DNA from: Alphaproteobacteria bacterium
Lineage (GTDB): Bacteria > Pseudomonadota > Alphaproteobacteria > Caedimonadales > UBA1908
Length of the DNA: 64,000 nucleotides
Assembly: GCA_021298595.1 (NCBI GenBank)
Contig: JAJTHL010000004.1
Span: forward strand, 10,070-74,069
Direction of reading: 5' to 3'
Both the position numbers and the translations under genes were made by a program. Under the pieces are notes generated by a model. The model was not told where the DNA came from, made no database searches, and worked only from the letters and a program-made list of their open reading frames with translations. Of the stretch, positions 46,558-57,141 are shown piece after piece (positions within the stretch are counted from its first letter, which is position 1; each line of letters opens with the position of its first letter).

Positions 46558-48956
46558 GCGCGCAAAACTCCGCCTGTTGCTGTTTCGACGCGGGCAATGA
46601 CCCGGTCCATAATATCGTGAAGGTCGGCGTCCGTCAGAGTTGCCTGAAACGGCGCCATTTCATAGGTCAGGGCCAACGACTTTTTGCCATCGGGAATGCC
46701 CACACCTTCATACACATCAAAAATTGTCACGTGATGAATCAAGGGATCTGTTTCTTTCACAAGGCGAATCACGGCATCTGCCGGGACTTTTTGATCCAAC
46801 ACAAAGGCAAGATCCCTTGCAACCGTTTGAAAAGGCGATAGCGCAAGCGCGTCTTTTGAGGCGGACTCTCCTGGCAGGTGATCCAAAAATACCTCAAACG
46901 CGACCAACGAGCCTTTCACGTTAAAGGCCTTTAAAATCTTGGGATGCAAAGCTCCAAAGACGGCCACAAGCTGCCCGCTCACAAAAACACTTGCCACCCG
47001 TCCTGGATGGTAGAAGCTTGGCCCCTTGCTTTCGAGTTGCAGATGATCCATCTCAACGCCGCACGCCTCAAGAAGAGTCCACACGTCCGCCTTGACCTCT
47101 GTCCACGACACGTTCTGAGGTTTTTTCCGCCAATGACGCACCCCCGTTTGCCCCAGGCGCACACCGGCCACCATGCGTTTTTGGTCCTTACCGAGTACGC
47201 CTTCATAGTGACTTGCGACCTCAAAAAGGGCTGGATTCAAAAGACCTTTGGCGACGTTACGCGCAGCCGTCAAAATAAGGGATGGCAGCACACGCGGACG
47301 CATGACGCTTAAGTCCTGGCTGATGGGATTATCAAGGGAATAAAGGGGGGCGCCTTCGGCAAAAAGAGTGGCTTCTTCTTCGGCCACAAAGGACCAGCCA
47401 AGGGTTTCAGCCATGCCGCGTGCGGCAAGGACGCGCCTTGCAATCCACTCGCGCCGCATACGCAGATGTGATCCCGGCGCACTTTCAAAGAAATCACGTA
47501 CGCGCTCCCCCTTTGGCAAAGGCGTCGCGGGAATCATGTCATAGCCTTTTAGGCGCACAATTTCCTCAATCAAATCATCTTGGATCACAAAGTCATGGCG
47601 CCAGGTCGGGCACAGGACGGCCAAAAGATCGTCCTCTAGGGGGGTGACCATACACCCAAGCCGCTCAAGAAGTTCAATCATTTCAGGCAAGTCCACACAA
47701 AGGCCTGTGCGTTTTTCAACGCTGGACGGCGCAAACTTGATCATATGGGGGCTCGTTTTTGTGTCTCCCACATGGATAACAGGACCGGCGTCACCGCCAC
47801 AAAGCTCTAGGATCAGCTGTGTGGCGCGTTCAAGTCCCGTTTGCACAAGACCTTTATCCACGCCGCGCTCGAACCGGGCGCGTGATTCGCTAAAAATACC
47901 TGTAGCTTGCCCTGCCCTTGCAATGGCGCGCGGCATAAAATACGCAGATTCCAAAAAAACATCGGTTGTCTCGAGGCTGCACCCAGACGTTTTGCCGCCC
48001 ATGATTCCTGCCAATGACACAAGGCCTGCGTCGTCCGCAATGACCGGAAGCCCTTTGGGAAGGGTATAGGTTTTATCATCAAGAGCCTCAAGCTGCTCGC
48101 CGTCCTCGGACAGACGTACGTTAAGGCCGCCTTTAAGGCGCGCCGTATCAAACACATGCATGGGGCGTCCCAGATCAAAGGCCATATAGTTTGTGACGTC
48201 CACAAGGGCTGAGATCGAGCGAATCCCCACGGTGCGAAGGGCGTTTTGAAGCCACTGGGGACTGGGGCCGTTTTTCACGCCTTTAATCACGCGCCCCATG
48301 AACAAAGGACACGCTTCATTTTCGGCGACTGAAGACAAGGTTACAGGAAGGGTTTCTGTGGTCGTTGCCGGGATCACTTTGATCTGAAGCATGGCAAGCG
48401 CGCCCACACCAGACGCCGCAAGATCACGCGCCATCCCGCGCAGGGACAAACAGTCCCCGCGATTAGGGGTCACATCCACATCCAGGATCAAGGTATCAAG
48501 ACCCATGTACTGGGCAAAGGGCGTGCCAAGGGGGATGCCTTCTTCAAGCTCTATAATGCCTTGGGTATCACCTTCAAGACCAAGCTCGGCAGCCGAGCAA
48601 AGCATGCCCCGACTTTCAACGCCGCGCATGACGGCTTTGCCAATAACCATCTGATTCGAAGGGACCACGGCCCCTTCGGTGGCAAGCACTACGGTCAGGC
48701 CCGCCCGGGCGTTGGGCGCACCGCAAACAATTTGAAGGGTCTCGGTACCTGTTTCCACCTGACACACTTGCAGACGGTCAGCCTGGGGATGGGGTGCTGC
48801 ACTTGTAATGCGCGCGACGATAAAGCCGTCAAAGGCTTTGCCAGGCGCCGTCACACCGTCCACCACAAGCCCCAGGGACGTGAGGCGCGTGATAATGTCC
48901 TCATCACGCGCGTCAGTTTGAAGGTGCTTTGTCAGCCAATTTAAAGGAACTTTCAT
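46554..48956 (-). CDS. pheT: phenylalanine--tRNA ligase beta subunit
   Basis: 800 aa. N-terminal tRNA-binding OB domain (MKVPLNWL...VCGAPN), B3/4 and B5 domains, and a C-terminal anticodon-binding domain. Confidence 0.95.
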   Translation of the reverse strand: MKVPLNWLTKHLQTDARDEDIITRLTSLGLVVDGVTAPGKAFDGFIVARITSAAPHPQADRLQVCQVETGTETLQIVCGAPNARAGLTVVLATEGAVVPSNQMVIGKAVMRGVESRGMLCSAAELGLEGDTQGIIELEEGIPLGTPFAQYMGLDTLILDVDVTPNRGDCLSLRGMARDLAASGVGALAMLQIKVIPATTTETLPVTLSSVAENEACPLFMGRVIKGVKNGPSPQWLQNALRTVGIRSISALVDVTNYMAFDLGRPMHVFDTARLKGGLNVRLSEDGEQLEALDDKTYTLPKGLPVIADDAGLVSLAGIMGGKTSGCSLETTDVFLESAYFMPRAIARAGQATGIFSESRARFERGVDKGLVQTGLERATQLILELCGGDAGPVIHVGDTKTSPHMIKFAPSSVEKRTGLCVDLPEMIELLERLGCMVTPLEDDLLAVLCPTWRHDFVIQDDLIEEIVRLKGYDMIPATPLPKGERVRDFFESAPGSHLRMRREWIARRVLAARGMAETLGWSFVAEEEATLFAEGAPLYSLDNPISQDLSVMRPRVLPSLILTAARNVAKGLLNPALFEVASHYEGVLGKDQKRMVAGVRLGQTGVRHWRKKPQNVSWTEVKADVWTLLEACGVEMDHLQLESKGPSFYHPGRVASVFVSGQLVAVFGALHPKILKAFNVKGSLVAFEVFLDHLPGESASKDALALSPFQTVARDLAFVLDQKVPADAVIRLVKETDPLIHHVTIFDVYEGVGIPDGKKSLALTYEMAPFQATLTDADLHDIMDRVIARVETATGGVLRA

Positions 48957-50113
48957 TAGACGTCTCCTCCTAATAGACCGGAAAAAGCCCCGACCCCGTA
49001 ATGGTTAAGCCACCTAAGATCTCCCTCATAGAAGGCCCGTAAATCTGTAATACCGTACTTCAGCATGGCAAGACGCTCGATCCCCATGCCAAAGGCAAAG
49101 CCTTGATAAACATCGGGATCAACGCCCACACTGGTCAGGACATTTCGGTGCACCATGCCAGCGCCCAAAATCTCGAGCCAATCATCCCCGCCGCCAATGA
49201 CAAGGCGACCCTTTTCACGTCGGCATCCAATGTCGATTTCAGCAGACGGCTCGGTAAACGGAAAGTACCCAGGCCTAAAACGCACAGGCAGGTCAGCAAC
49301 GCCAAAAAAGCGGCGACAAAACGCTTCAAGACATCCCTTAAGATGTCCCATATGAATATCCTTATCGATAAAAAGGCCTTCGATTTGGTGGAAAACGGGC
49401 GTGTGGGTTTGGTCATAGTCGCTGCGATACACGCGTCCAGGCGCCACAATGCGCAGGGGCGGTTTTTGTTGCAGCATGGCCCGAATTTGAACGGGCGAGG
49501 TATGGGTGCGCAGAAGAAGGCGCGTTCCAGCCGCGTCTGGTTTCAGGTAAAATGTATCCTGGTCTTGGCGCGCAGGATGCTCTGCGTGGATATTCAGGGC
49601 GGAGAAATTATGGAAATCATCTTCGATATCAGGACCTTCTGCGACGGCAAACCCCATATCGCGCAGAATCTCAAGGGCTTCGAAAAGGGCTTGGGACAGG
49701 GGGTGAATGCGCCCACTTGCCCCGCTTTGGATGGGCAGTGTCAAATCTTCCCGCTCAGCCGCCAAAGTCGCGTCAAGGGCTGCGTCCTCTAGGGCTAAGC
49801 GCTTGGCTTCCAGGGCGTCCGTGAGCGCCGCGCGCACCTTATTGAAAAGATCAGCCTTTTCCTTGCGCTCGTCCGGCGACATTTTGCCGAGGCTTTTCAT
49901 AAGCGTTGTTATCTCGCCTTGCTTACCAAGAAGGGCAAGACGCACCTTCTCAAGATCTTCAAGGGTCAAGGCGTCTGCGATTTGCGACAAATAATAAGGC
50001 TCGAGAGGCTGACCTTGCGCGGTCAATAAAAGAGCGGGAGCACCTGAAGAAGAGGTCATGAACGATTCCTTATGTCTTTTGTCGTGTCGCCTGATACCTT
50101 GGGAGGGTCGCAT
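48956..50113 (-). CDS. pheS: phenylalanine--tRNA ligase alpha subunit
   Basis: Class II motifs (HPARQDQDTFY, GRVYRSD, FGMGIERLAML). Start uncertain: ATG 50113 (SD GGGAG) or ATG 50059 (MTSSSGAP). Confidence 0.95.
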   Translation of the reverse strand: MRPSQGIRRHDKRHKESFMTSSSGAPALLLTAQGQPLEPYYLSQIADALTLEDLEKVRLALLGKQGEITTLMKSLGKMSPDERKEKADLFNKVRAALTDALEAKRLALEDAALDATLAAEREDLTLPIQSGASGRIHPLSQALFEALEILRDMGFAVAEGPDIEDDFHNFSALNIHAEHPARQDQDTFYLKPDAAGTRLLLRTHTSPVQIRAMLQQKPPLRIVAPGRVYRSDYDQTHTPVFHQIEGLFIDKDIHMGHLKGCLEAFCRRFFGVADLPVRFRPGYFPFTEPSAEIDIGCRREKGRLVIGGGDDWLEILGAGMVHRNVLTSVGVDPDVYQGFAFGMGIERLAMLKYGITDLRAFYEGDLRWLNHYGVGAFSGLLGGDV

Positions 50114-50140
50114 GGGACGCTCCCTTTAAAAACTATTTTT

Positions 50141-50172
50141 AAAAAAAAGAGCCGCCAAAACAAGGGCGGCCC
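50141..50172 (-). terminator. hairpin plus U8 between rplT and pheS (terminator/attenuator)
   Basis: The minus-strand RNA reads GGGCCGCC-CUUGUUUU-GGCGGCUC followed by eight U. It lies 27 nt after the rplT stop and about 28 nt before the ATG at 50113. Confidence 0.65.
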
Positions 50173-50198
50173 TTTTAATCTGTCTAAGACAGAGTGAC

Positions 50199-50561
50199 TT
50201 ATGCTACTTGGAGAGCCGCGCGTGCGCCGTCTACCAAGGCTTTGAATGCAGAAGGTTCTCTCACAGCGAGATCCGCCATGACCTTACGATCCACGTCAAT
50301 ACCGGCCTTATGGATGCCATTCATAAATTGTGAATAGGTCAACCCATGAAGGCGTGCGGCGGCGTTGATACGTTGGATCCAAAGAGCCCTCATATCACGC
50401 TTACGTGTGCGACGATCGCGGTAAGCATATTGTAATGCTTTTTCAACACGTTGAAGGGCTACTCTGAAGCAGTTCTTTGAACGGCCACGATATCCCTTTG
50501 CCATACCGATAACTTTACGCTGACGAGCGTGAGTTGTTACACCTCTTTTAACGCGTGCCAT
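50199..50561 (-). CDS. rplT: 50S ribosomal protein L20
   Basis: [17 protein letters not shown]...[13 protein letters not shown]...YAYRDRR.RKR.MR.LWI.RINAA. Confidence 0.97.
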   Translation of the reverse strand: MARVKRGVTTHARQRKVIGMAKGYRGRSKNCFRVALQRVEKALQYAYRDRRTRKRDMRALWIQRINAAARLHGLTYSQFMNGIHKAGIDVDRKVMADLAVREPSAFKALVDGARAALQVA

Positions 50562-50574
50562 GTGCTAACTCTCC

Positions 50575-50778
50575 TTACAGACCGTAGGGGGCAAAATGAC
50601 GACGAACGCGCTTAGCGTCAGACTCAGACATCACTGTGGTGCCGCGTTGATTACGAATTTGTTTGTTTGTGCGCTTGATCATCCCATGGCGCTTACCGGC
50701 TTGGCCCATGATGACCTTACCTGTTGCAGAGAGCTTAAAGCGCTTTTTCACGCTGCTCTTGGTCTTTAACTTTGACAT
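50575..50778 (-). CDS. rpmI: 50S ribosomal protein L35
   Basis: [22 protein letters not shown]....AGKRH...KRT.KQIRN. I prefer the internal ATG at 50778 over the track start at 50847. Confidence 0.95.
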   Translation of the reverse strand: MSKLKTKSSVKKRFKLSATGKVIMGQAGKRHGMIKRTNKQIRNQRGTTVMSESDAKRVRRHFAPYGL

Positions 50779-50904
50779 AATAAATTTCCTTAAACCTAAG
50801 TTGGTCTTCACTTTTCGGCGGTCAGGCAGACCATATAAGCCAGCCACCTCTTGGGTCTTGTATCAACTTATGGGCAAAATTTCAAGCCCAAACCCACCTT
50901 TTTC

Positions 50905-51465
50905 TTACGCCTTGGGTGCAAGCAGCATGAGAATCTGCTTTCCTTCCAGGCGCGGCGTTTGTTCAACCTTGGCGGTTTCTTGTACGTCCACACAAATACG
51001 ATCCAGCACTTTCATGCCAAGCTCTTGGTGGGTAATCTCGCGCCCTCTAAAGCGCATGGTGATTTTCACCCGGTCGCCTTCTTCGATAAAGCGGTGGATA
51101 CTTTTCAGCTTCACCTGATAGTCATGCTCACCAATACCAGGGCGCAACTTGACTTCTTTAATTTCGATGACTTTTTGGTTTTTCTTTGCCGCAGCCTTCT
51201 TCTTTTGGGCGTCATACTTGTACTTGCCGTAATCAAGAAGCTTGCACACAGGCGGCTCAGCACCCGGCGAGATCTCTACAAGATCAAGGCCCACCATGCG
51301 CGCACGCTCGATGCCTTCCCGGGGTGTGATGACGCCCACCATGTCGCCGTTTTCATCGATCAACCTAATCTTTGGGGATCTGATCTGTTCATTGACTCTT
51401 GGCCCCTCTTGGACAGGACCACGTCCTTGGGGTTGTTTTCCGACGTTTTCGTCTTGTTCTCTCAA
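50905..51465 (-). CDS. infC: translation initiation factor IF-3
   Basis: [24 protein letters not shown]...[30 protein letters not shown]....K is present. The first in-frame start in the track is TTG (51465..51463), overlapping the thrS stop as TTGA. Confidence 0.93.
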   Translation of the reverse strand: MREQDENVGKQPQGRGPVQEGPRVNEQIRSPKIRLIDENGDMVGVITPREGIERARMVGLDLVEISPGAEPPVCKLLDYGKYKYDAQKKKAAAKKNQKVIEIKEVKLRPGIGEHDYQVKLKSIHRFIEEGDRVKITMRFRGREITHQELGMKVLDRICVDVQETAKVEQTPRLEGKQILMLLAPKA

Positions 51466-53414
51466 ACCGTTTCTCCGTTCGTTTGTTCAGCTTTCCTTTG
51501 CTGAGCGGGATTTTGACTTTCTTGCACTAGTTTATCAAGGGTCTGTTGAAGCGCAAGCATTTCTTGAACCTCACTCCCCAATTGCCTTAGGGTCACTTGG
51601 CGTTCCTCGGCCTCTTTTTTACCCACGACCAGGATATAAGGAACCTTTTGATGACTCCACTCACGAATCTTATAGCTGATCTTTTCGTTACGTGTATCAC
51701 TTTTTACGCGAATCCCTTTGTTTTTTAAAAGCGCGCATACTTCTTCGGCGTAGGCATCCCAGTCGCTTGTGATGGGACACACGACCGCTTGAACAGGGGC
51801 GAGCCATAAGGGGAACTTGCCCGCATGGTGCTCGATCAGGATGCCGATAAAGCGCTCAAACGAGCCTAAGATCGCCCGGTGTACCATGACAGCCGTTCTT
51901 TTTTCACCAGTTTCCGCAATGTACTGGGCGCCCAGCCGCTCAGGCAGTACCATATCCACCTGAAGGGTCCCGCACTGCCAATCACGGCCAACGGCGTCTT
52001 TAATCACGAACTCAAGCTTAGGACCGTAAAACGCCCCCTCCCCTGGGTTTAAGGTGTACTCAAGGCCGGCTGCCTCTGTGGCCTCACGAAGGGCGCCTTC
52101 TGCTTTGTCCCATACGTCATCACTGCCTGCACGCACCTCAGGCCTGTCCGAAAATTTAACGCGAATATCTTCAAAGCCTAGATCTTTGTAAACGCTTCTT
52201 AGAAATCCTACAAAGGCAATGGTCTCGTCTTTGATCTGCTCCATAGTACAGAAAATATGGGCGTCATCCTGGGTAAAACCGCGCACCCGCATGATGCCGT
52301 GAAGGGACCCAGAAGGTTCGTTTCGGTGACACGCGCCAAACTCTGCCAGACGCAGGGGCAAATCACGGTAGCTTTTTAGGCCTTGCTTGAAAATCTGCAC
52401 GTGACAAGGGCAGTTCATGGGCTTGACCAAGAGATGCTTATCCTCAGCTTCTTCGGTACCGAACATGGCTTCACGGAATTTCTCCCAGTGCCCGGACGCC
52501 TCCCACAGAGCGCGGTCCACAAGCATGGGCGTGTTGACCTCCTGGTATCCTTCCAGGCGTTGACGCTCGCGCATGTACTGCTGAAGGGCGACGTAAATGG
52601 TCCAGCCGTTGGGGTGCCAAAACACACACCCTGGGGCTTCTTCTTGCAGATGAAACAGATCAAGGGCCTTGCCAAGACGCCTGTGATCCCTTTTCTCGGC
52701 TTCTTCCAGCATGGTCAAATACTGGGCCAGCTGCTTTTCATTGGACCAGGCGGTCCCGTAAACGCGCTGGAGCATGATATTGTTGGAATCCCCGCGCCAA
52801 TAGGCACCCGCAAGCTTCATCAGCTTAAAGGCTTTCCCAAGAGGCTTTGTGGAAGGCAAGTGCGGCCCACGGCACAAATCAATGAAAGGACCCTGACGAT
52901 AAAAACTAAGGGGTTCGTCCCCTGGGATGCTTTCGATAATTTCTACCTTGAGGTGTTCGCCGATGGATTTAAAATAGGCAATGGCTTTTTCACGGTCCCA
53001 AATTTCGCGCACGATGGGCTCGTCACGGTCTACGATTTCGGCCATTCTTTTTTCAAGTTTTACAAGATCTTCTGGTGTGAAGGACTCGTCGCGTTGCAGG
53101 TCATAATAAAACCCGTTCTCAATGGCAGGGCCAATGGAAATTTGTGTTTCAGGATAAAGTTCTTTGACGGCTTGGGCAAACACATGGGCGGCGTCGTGGC
53201 GCAGCAACTCAAGCCCTTCAGGGGTATCACGGGTGATGATTTGCACACGGGCATTCTCGGTAATGGGACGCGTTAAATCCCACTCCTCGTTATTTACCTT
53301 AATAAAAACAGCTTCTTTAGCCAAGCGAGGGCTAATGCTGCGCGCAAGCTCAAGACCTGTTACGGCGCCCTCAAATTCCCTTACTGACCCATCGGGCAGT
53401 GACAGTGCAATCAC
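51462..53414 (-). CDS. thrS: threonine--tRNA ligase
   Basis: 650 aa with TGS domain, editing-domain motifs, class II core (FRNE-like [26 protein letters not shown]) and an anticodon-binding C-terminus. Confidence 0.97.
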   Translation of the reverse strand: MIALSLPDGSVREFEGAVTGLELARSISPRLAKEAVFIKVNNEEWDLTRPITENARVQIITRDTPEGLELLRHDAAHVFAQAVKELYPETQISIGPAIENGFYYDLQRDESFTPEDLVKLEKRMAEIVDRDEPIVREIWDREKAIAYFKSIGEHLKVEIIESIPGDEPLSFYRQGPFIDLCRGPHLPSTKPLGKAFKLMKLAGAYWRGDSNNIMLQRVYGTAWSNEKQLAQYLTMLEEAEKRDHRRLGKALDLFHLQEEAPGCVFWHPNGWTIYVALQQYMRERQRLEGYQEVNTPMLVDRALWEASGHWEKFREAMFGTEEAEDKHLLVKPMNCPCHVQIFKQGLKSYRDLPLRLAEFGACHRNEPSGSLHGIMRVRGFTQDDAHIFCTMEQIKDETIAFVGFLRSVYKDLGFEDIRVKFSDRPEVRAGSDDVWDKAEGALREATEAAGLEYTLNPGEGAFYGPKLEFVIKDAVGRDWQCGTLQVDMVLPERLGAQYIAETGEKRTAVMVHRAILGSFERFIGILIEHHAGKFPLWLAPVQAVVCPITSDWDAYAEEVCALLKNKGIRVKSDTRNEKISYKIREWSHQKVPYILVVGKKEAEERQVTLRQLGSEVQEMLALQQTLDKLVQESQNPAQQRKAEQTNGETV

Positions 53415-53449
53415 CTTTTCCTCACTTCTTACAAGACCATCATTCTTTT

Positions 53450-54487
53450 CTACCGAGTTGAAGATGCCAAAGAGTCCCCCTTGGAATCAAGCTCATTCTG
53501 AGGCACGAGGCTTAAAAATGCCTGTTTTACCGCTTCTAGGGAAAGATTTGCCATGTCTGAGGCGGCCACAACCCGCACGTGATCCCCAAGAGGCGCGTAA
53601 ATATCTGGGTCAGAAGCGGCCCTCGACCAAGGGACAATGGTCTTTGCCCCGACCCCACTTGCAATATGGGTAGGCCCTGTGTCGTTACCAATAACAGCGA
53701 CCGCCCCCCGTGCCAGGGTCGCAATCTGAAAAAGGCTGACTTTTTGGCTAAGATCCACAAGGCCGTCAACATGAACCCGTAAATAGGATGCGGGTGTTTC
53801 ATCCTCTGGCCCTGCAATAAGAATACTTGTGATCCCTTGCGAGGCAAGCCACCCGGCCATTTCAGCGTAGCTTTCATGGGGCCATCTTTTATAGGATCCT
53901 GAAAGAGAGCTCCCTGGCATCAAAAGCACGTACCTTTTTGGCAAAGAAAGCGCGCTCACATCTTCTGCCATCCACTTTAGGTCAGGCAGCAACGGCGCAG
54001 CGCCCAAATCAAGTCCCGCAACGGTTAACTGATCTAAATAACGATAAGCCGCATGCATCCTTGTGCGATCCGGACGCGTTTGAGTGTGGGAGGCACCTTT
54101 TGCTACACCTGACCACAAGGGGCGGCCAAAAAAAGATAAAAGTCTAAAGTACCTAGACGTCCTGCCAGAGTTTTGAAGGTCATAGACGAAATCAAAGTGG
54201 GCGCGGCCTATACGCGCGATCACTTGCCACGTTTTCAAAGGATTTTTAGCGCGCGCGTCATGCCAAATGTCATCAAAAAAGCCCATTTTAGTGGCAAGGG
54301 TTGCGTAGCTTGGCGCTGTTAAAAGAGTCACATGCGCGTGTGGGTGGGCCTCTCGAATGGCGGCAAAGGCGCCCGTTGCATTGATGAGGTCCCCTAGTGC
54401 CCCATGGCGAATCACCAAAATTTTTTTCCTAGTTCTAGACGGCAACGTGTTCAATCCTCCTACAGCTATATCCTGGTTGTAGCCCAT
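53450..54487 (-). CDS. family 9 glycosyltransferase (LPS heptosyltransferase-like)
   Basis: [36 protein letters not shown] and the C-terminal [10 protein letters not shown] motif. Confidence 0.8.
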   Translation of the reverse strand: MGYNQDIAVGGLNTLPSRTRKKILVIRHGALGDLINATGAFAAIREAHPHAHVTLLTAPSYATLATKMGFFDDIWHDARAKNPLKTWQVIARIGRAHFDFVYDLQNSGRTSRYFRLLSFFGRPLWSGVAKGASHTQTRPDRTRMHAAYRYLDQLTVAGLDLGAAPLLPDLKWMAEDVSALSLPKRYVLLMPGSSLSGSYKRWPHESYAEMAGWLASQGITSILIAGPEDETPASYLRVHVDGLVDLSQKVSLFQIATLARGAVAVIGNDTGPTHIASGVGAKTIVPWSRAASDPDIYAPLGDHVRVVAASDMANLSLEAVKQAFLSLVPQNELDSKGDSLASSTR

Positions 54488-54501
54488 TTAAAACCAAAAG
54501 C

Positions 54502-55728
54502 TCAAGAAGACTTTGGGAATCTGGCTAAAACCTCTTCATAGAGCGCCAAGGTACTTTGACACATGCGCTCTAGGGAAAACAGGTCAACTACGCGTCGGCG
54601 CGCCTGCCTGGCCAGGGTCTGCCGCGCCTCAGGCGGTAGTACTTCAAGAAGGTGTATCTTTTCTATAAGATCGCCCCCGTCTCCGGCACGCCATGTCCAA
54701 CCTGTTTTGCCATTTGCGATGATTTCCTGGGGTGCGCCCAAATCTGACACAAGGCAAGGCTTTCCCATGGCTTGCGCTTCGGCCACTACGCGCCCAAAGG
54801 CTTCGGGATCCGTCGCAGCATGGATCACGCCAAAAGCTGCGCCATACAAAAGAGGCATATCCTGGCGGTGTCCTAAAAATCGTACAAAGGGGGCCATTCC
54901 TAGCGTATAAGCCAGGTTTTTCAGCTCGCTGGCATACGCTTCTTTGGATTCGTCTCCCACAATGACAAGAATGTCCTTTTCTGAAACTATCCCCGCAAAA
55001 GCACGCAGGACCGCCTCGTGTCCCTTCCATCGTGTCACGCGCCCCGGCACAAGCCACACCCTGGCATCAAGCGCAATCTTTTCTTTTTGCAAAAAGGCAT
55101 GAATCTCTGGCGTATTGATGCGCGCCGGGTCAAAAAAGTCTGTGTTAATACCCCGGTGAATGACCCTAATGTGATCCTCTCGCACCCACCGACTGTAATG
55201 GGCGAGAATATGCTCTTTGATAAAATGAGAGATTGCAATGACTTGGACTCCCCGCACCATGACCGAATTATAGAGCTTTTTGATCTCTCTTGAAAAATTA
55301 TAAGTCCCGTGAAAGGTCGTCACAAAAGGGATATGGGCTTTTTGGGCCGCCAAATAAGCGCTCCAAGCGGGAGCTCTTGAGCGAGCATGAACCAGGGAGA
55401 TTTTTTGTTCTCCGATCAAGTCCCTAAGCGCACGCGCATTCGACCCCGCAATCATAAAGGGATTTTTTGTGGTTAGTGGCAGGGTGTAATGGTGCGCGCC
55501 AAGAGAGGTCACCTCTTGATCCCGAAAACCACCTGCACTCGCAACCCAGCTTTCCCACTGGTGTTTGACCAAATATCCTGACAAATCAATGGTTCCCTGC
55601 TCAACCCCGCCGGCATTCAGAGCGGGTAAAACTTGCAGAACTGATCTCTTAAACACCTTGTAATCCTTACGTTTAGCGAAAAGGTCGCTTGTCAAAAAAA
55701 AATACTTCCTTACTATCTTGTCTATCAT
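54502..55728 (-). CDS. family 4 glycosyltransferase (LPS core, group 1)
   Basis: VLQVLPALNAGGVEQGT at the N-terminus and the C-terminal EAFGRVVAEAQAMGKPCLVSDLGAPQEII (EX7E region). I prefer the start at 55728 (MIDKIV); the longer track ORF would overlap the divergent gene. Confidence 0.8.
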   Translation of the reverse strand: MIDKIVRKYFFLTSDLFAKRKDYKVFKRSVLQVLPALNAGGVEQGTIDLSGYLVKHQWESWVASAGGFRDQEVTSLGAHHYTLPLTTKNPFMIAGSNARALRDLIGEQKISLVHARSRAPAWSAYLAAQKAHIPFVTTFHGTYNFSREIKKLYNSVMVRGVQVIAISHFIKEHILAHYSRWVREDHIRVIHRGINTDFFDPARINTPEIHAFLQKEKIALDARVWLVPGRVTRWKGHEAVLRAFAGIVSEKDILVIVGDESKEAYASELKNLAYTLGMAPFVRFLGHRQDMPLLYGAAFGVIHAATDPEAFGRVVAEAQAMGKPCLVSDLGAPQEIIANGKTGWTWRAGDGGDLIEKIHLLEVLPPEARQTLARQARRRVVDLFSLERMCQSTLALYEEVLARFPKSS

Positions 55729-55827
55729 TAAGCTGCTATTTTGTAAAAAATTAACGCAATTGGTGTTAGACTGATTGTATGAGGCACAGTGGGTCGCACT
55801 GCCACCCAAGAAAAAACGAGGACGCCT

Positions 55828-57099
55828 ATGTCAAGAGTAACAGACCTGGTTAAACGTTCCCCCATTTTTACCATTGCCCTGTTGGTGGTCATCATCGGGG
55901 GTGGTTTCGGCCTATATACTTATTTCAAAGAGGTAGCTGGGGGGCCAAAAACATCGCCAAGTGTTGCCGTTGAGGTAGAAGAAGCCCGCGTGGGATCCTT
56001 GACCCGTACCATTACGGCTGTAGGTACCCTTCGCGCCAACCAAACCGTCGAAATACGCTCGGAGCTTTCAGGTCTCATTTCGAAAATTTTTGTACGCGGC
56101 GGCGAGTACGTACAAGCAGGCGCCCCCCTCTTTGAGATTGACGAGCGCACCTATAAGGCCGAACTCCAGGACGCTGAAGCACGCCTTGCCCACGCAAAAG
56201 TTGACTTTGACCGCTCTAAAAAGCTTTTGTCCCAAAATGTGACCTCTGGCAAAAAGTACGATGAGGCCGAGGCAACCTTTAAAATCGCCGAAGCCGCTGT
56301 GGAAAAAGCACAGGCGAACCTTGCCAGGACAAAGATTATTGCCCCCTTTGAAGGACTTGTGGGTCTGCACAGCGTCAGCCTTGGCATGCACCTTGACAGC
56401 AATAAAGATCTTGTCACCTTGGTGGATCTTAGCCTCATGAAGGCTGATTTTAAAATTCCTGCCGAATACCTGCCTTATGTCAGCGTTGGTCAAAAGATAG
56501 AAGTCACCGTTGACGGGTTTGAAACAACCCCCTTCCCTGGCATCATCGAAGTCATTGACTCCAAGGTGGATCCCGTGACCCACAGCATCAGCGCGCGCGC
56601 CATTATGCCTAATCAAAAGCATATTCTGCGCCCAGGACTTTTTGCGCGTGTGGACGTTGTGGTTGGCACCAAGTCTAATGCCCTCATTGTTCCGGCGGTG
56701 GCTGTGGAAAAAGAAGGAGACCAAGACATGGTTTATAAAGTTGTCGAAGGGATCGCCTTCCACGTTCCGGTCATTCTTGGCATTCAAGAAGGGGATAACG
56801 TCGAAATTGTACGCGGCCTGAACCCTGGAGATCACATCATCACCGTGGGTCAAATGAAGATCCGCGACGGTGTTCCCGTACGCTATACCCTGAACGGCAA
56901 ACAGTACACCTTTGATGAAAAATCCATGGAGCGCCTACAAAAGCTTCTGGGAAAAGGTGAGGACACTGCTGGCAAAGAGGCTGTACCAACACCTACGGCG
57001 CCCACAAAACCAGCAGCCCCAGCCGCTAAGGCAAAGCCCGCCGGAGCAGGAGCTCCAGCGGCGCCAGCACCCGCTGCCCCCCAAGCCGCAAAACCCTAA
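55828..57099 (+). CDS. RND efflux periplasmic adaptor (membrane fusion) protein with an Ala/Pro-rich C-terminal tail
   Basis: N-terminal TM anchor, then lipoyl/hairpin/beta-barrel pattern (GTLRANQTVEIRSELSGLISKIFVRGGEYVQAGAPLFEID, AKVDFDR, TKIIAPFEGLVG). Tail PTPTAPTKPAAPAAKAKPAGAGAPAAPAPAAPQAAKP. Confidence 0.85.
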   Translation: MSRVTDLVKRSPIFTIALLVVIIGGGFGLYTYFKEVAGGPKTSPSVAVEVEEARVGSLTRTITAVGTLRANQTVEIRSELSGLISKIFVRGGEYVQAGAPLFEIDERTYKAELQDAEARLAHAKVDFDRSKKLLSQNVTSGKKYDEAEATFKIAEAAVEKAQANLARTKIIAPFEGLVGLHSVSLGMHLDSNKDLVTLVDLSLMKADFKIPAEYLPYVSVGQKIEVTVDGFETTPFPGIIEVIDSKVDPVTHSISARAIMPNQKHILRPGLFARVDVVVGTKSNALIVPAVAVEKEGDQDMVYKVVEGIAFHVPVILGIQEGDNVEIVRGLNPGDHIITVGQMKIRDGVPVRYTLNGKQYTFDEKSMERLQKLLGKGEDTAGKEAVPTPTAPTKPAAPAAKAKPAGAGAPAAPAPAAPQAAKP

Positions 57100-57141
57100 C
57101 CATGACACCGCAAGCATAAGCGCCACTCGGGAGAGAAGTCT

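Noticed and set aside
49103-51504. Long plus-strand ORFs (229 aa at 49103..49792; 151 and 217 aa at 50663..51504) across pheS, rpmI and infC
   Set aside because: They are antisense shadows of universally conserved translation genes. The real genes account for the codon structure.
52383-53276. 297-aa ORF on the plus strand inside thrS
   Set aside because: It is entirely antisense to a highly conserved thrS coding region. The product is low-complexity with no recognisable motifs, typical of a stop-poor antisense frame of a GC-rich gene.
56068-56853. 261-aa minus-strand ORF inside the RND adaptor gene
   Set aside because: It is antisense to a well-supported membrane-fusion-protein gene. It has no SD and no motifs, and its composition mirrors the sense gene.
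56990-57096. Repetitive GC-rich stretch that could look like a tandem repeat or array
   Set aside because: It encodes the Ala/Pro/Lys-rich C-terminal tail of the membrane-fusion protein in frame. It has no regular repeat-spacer periodicity.
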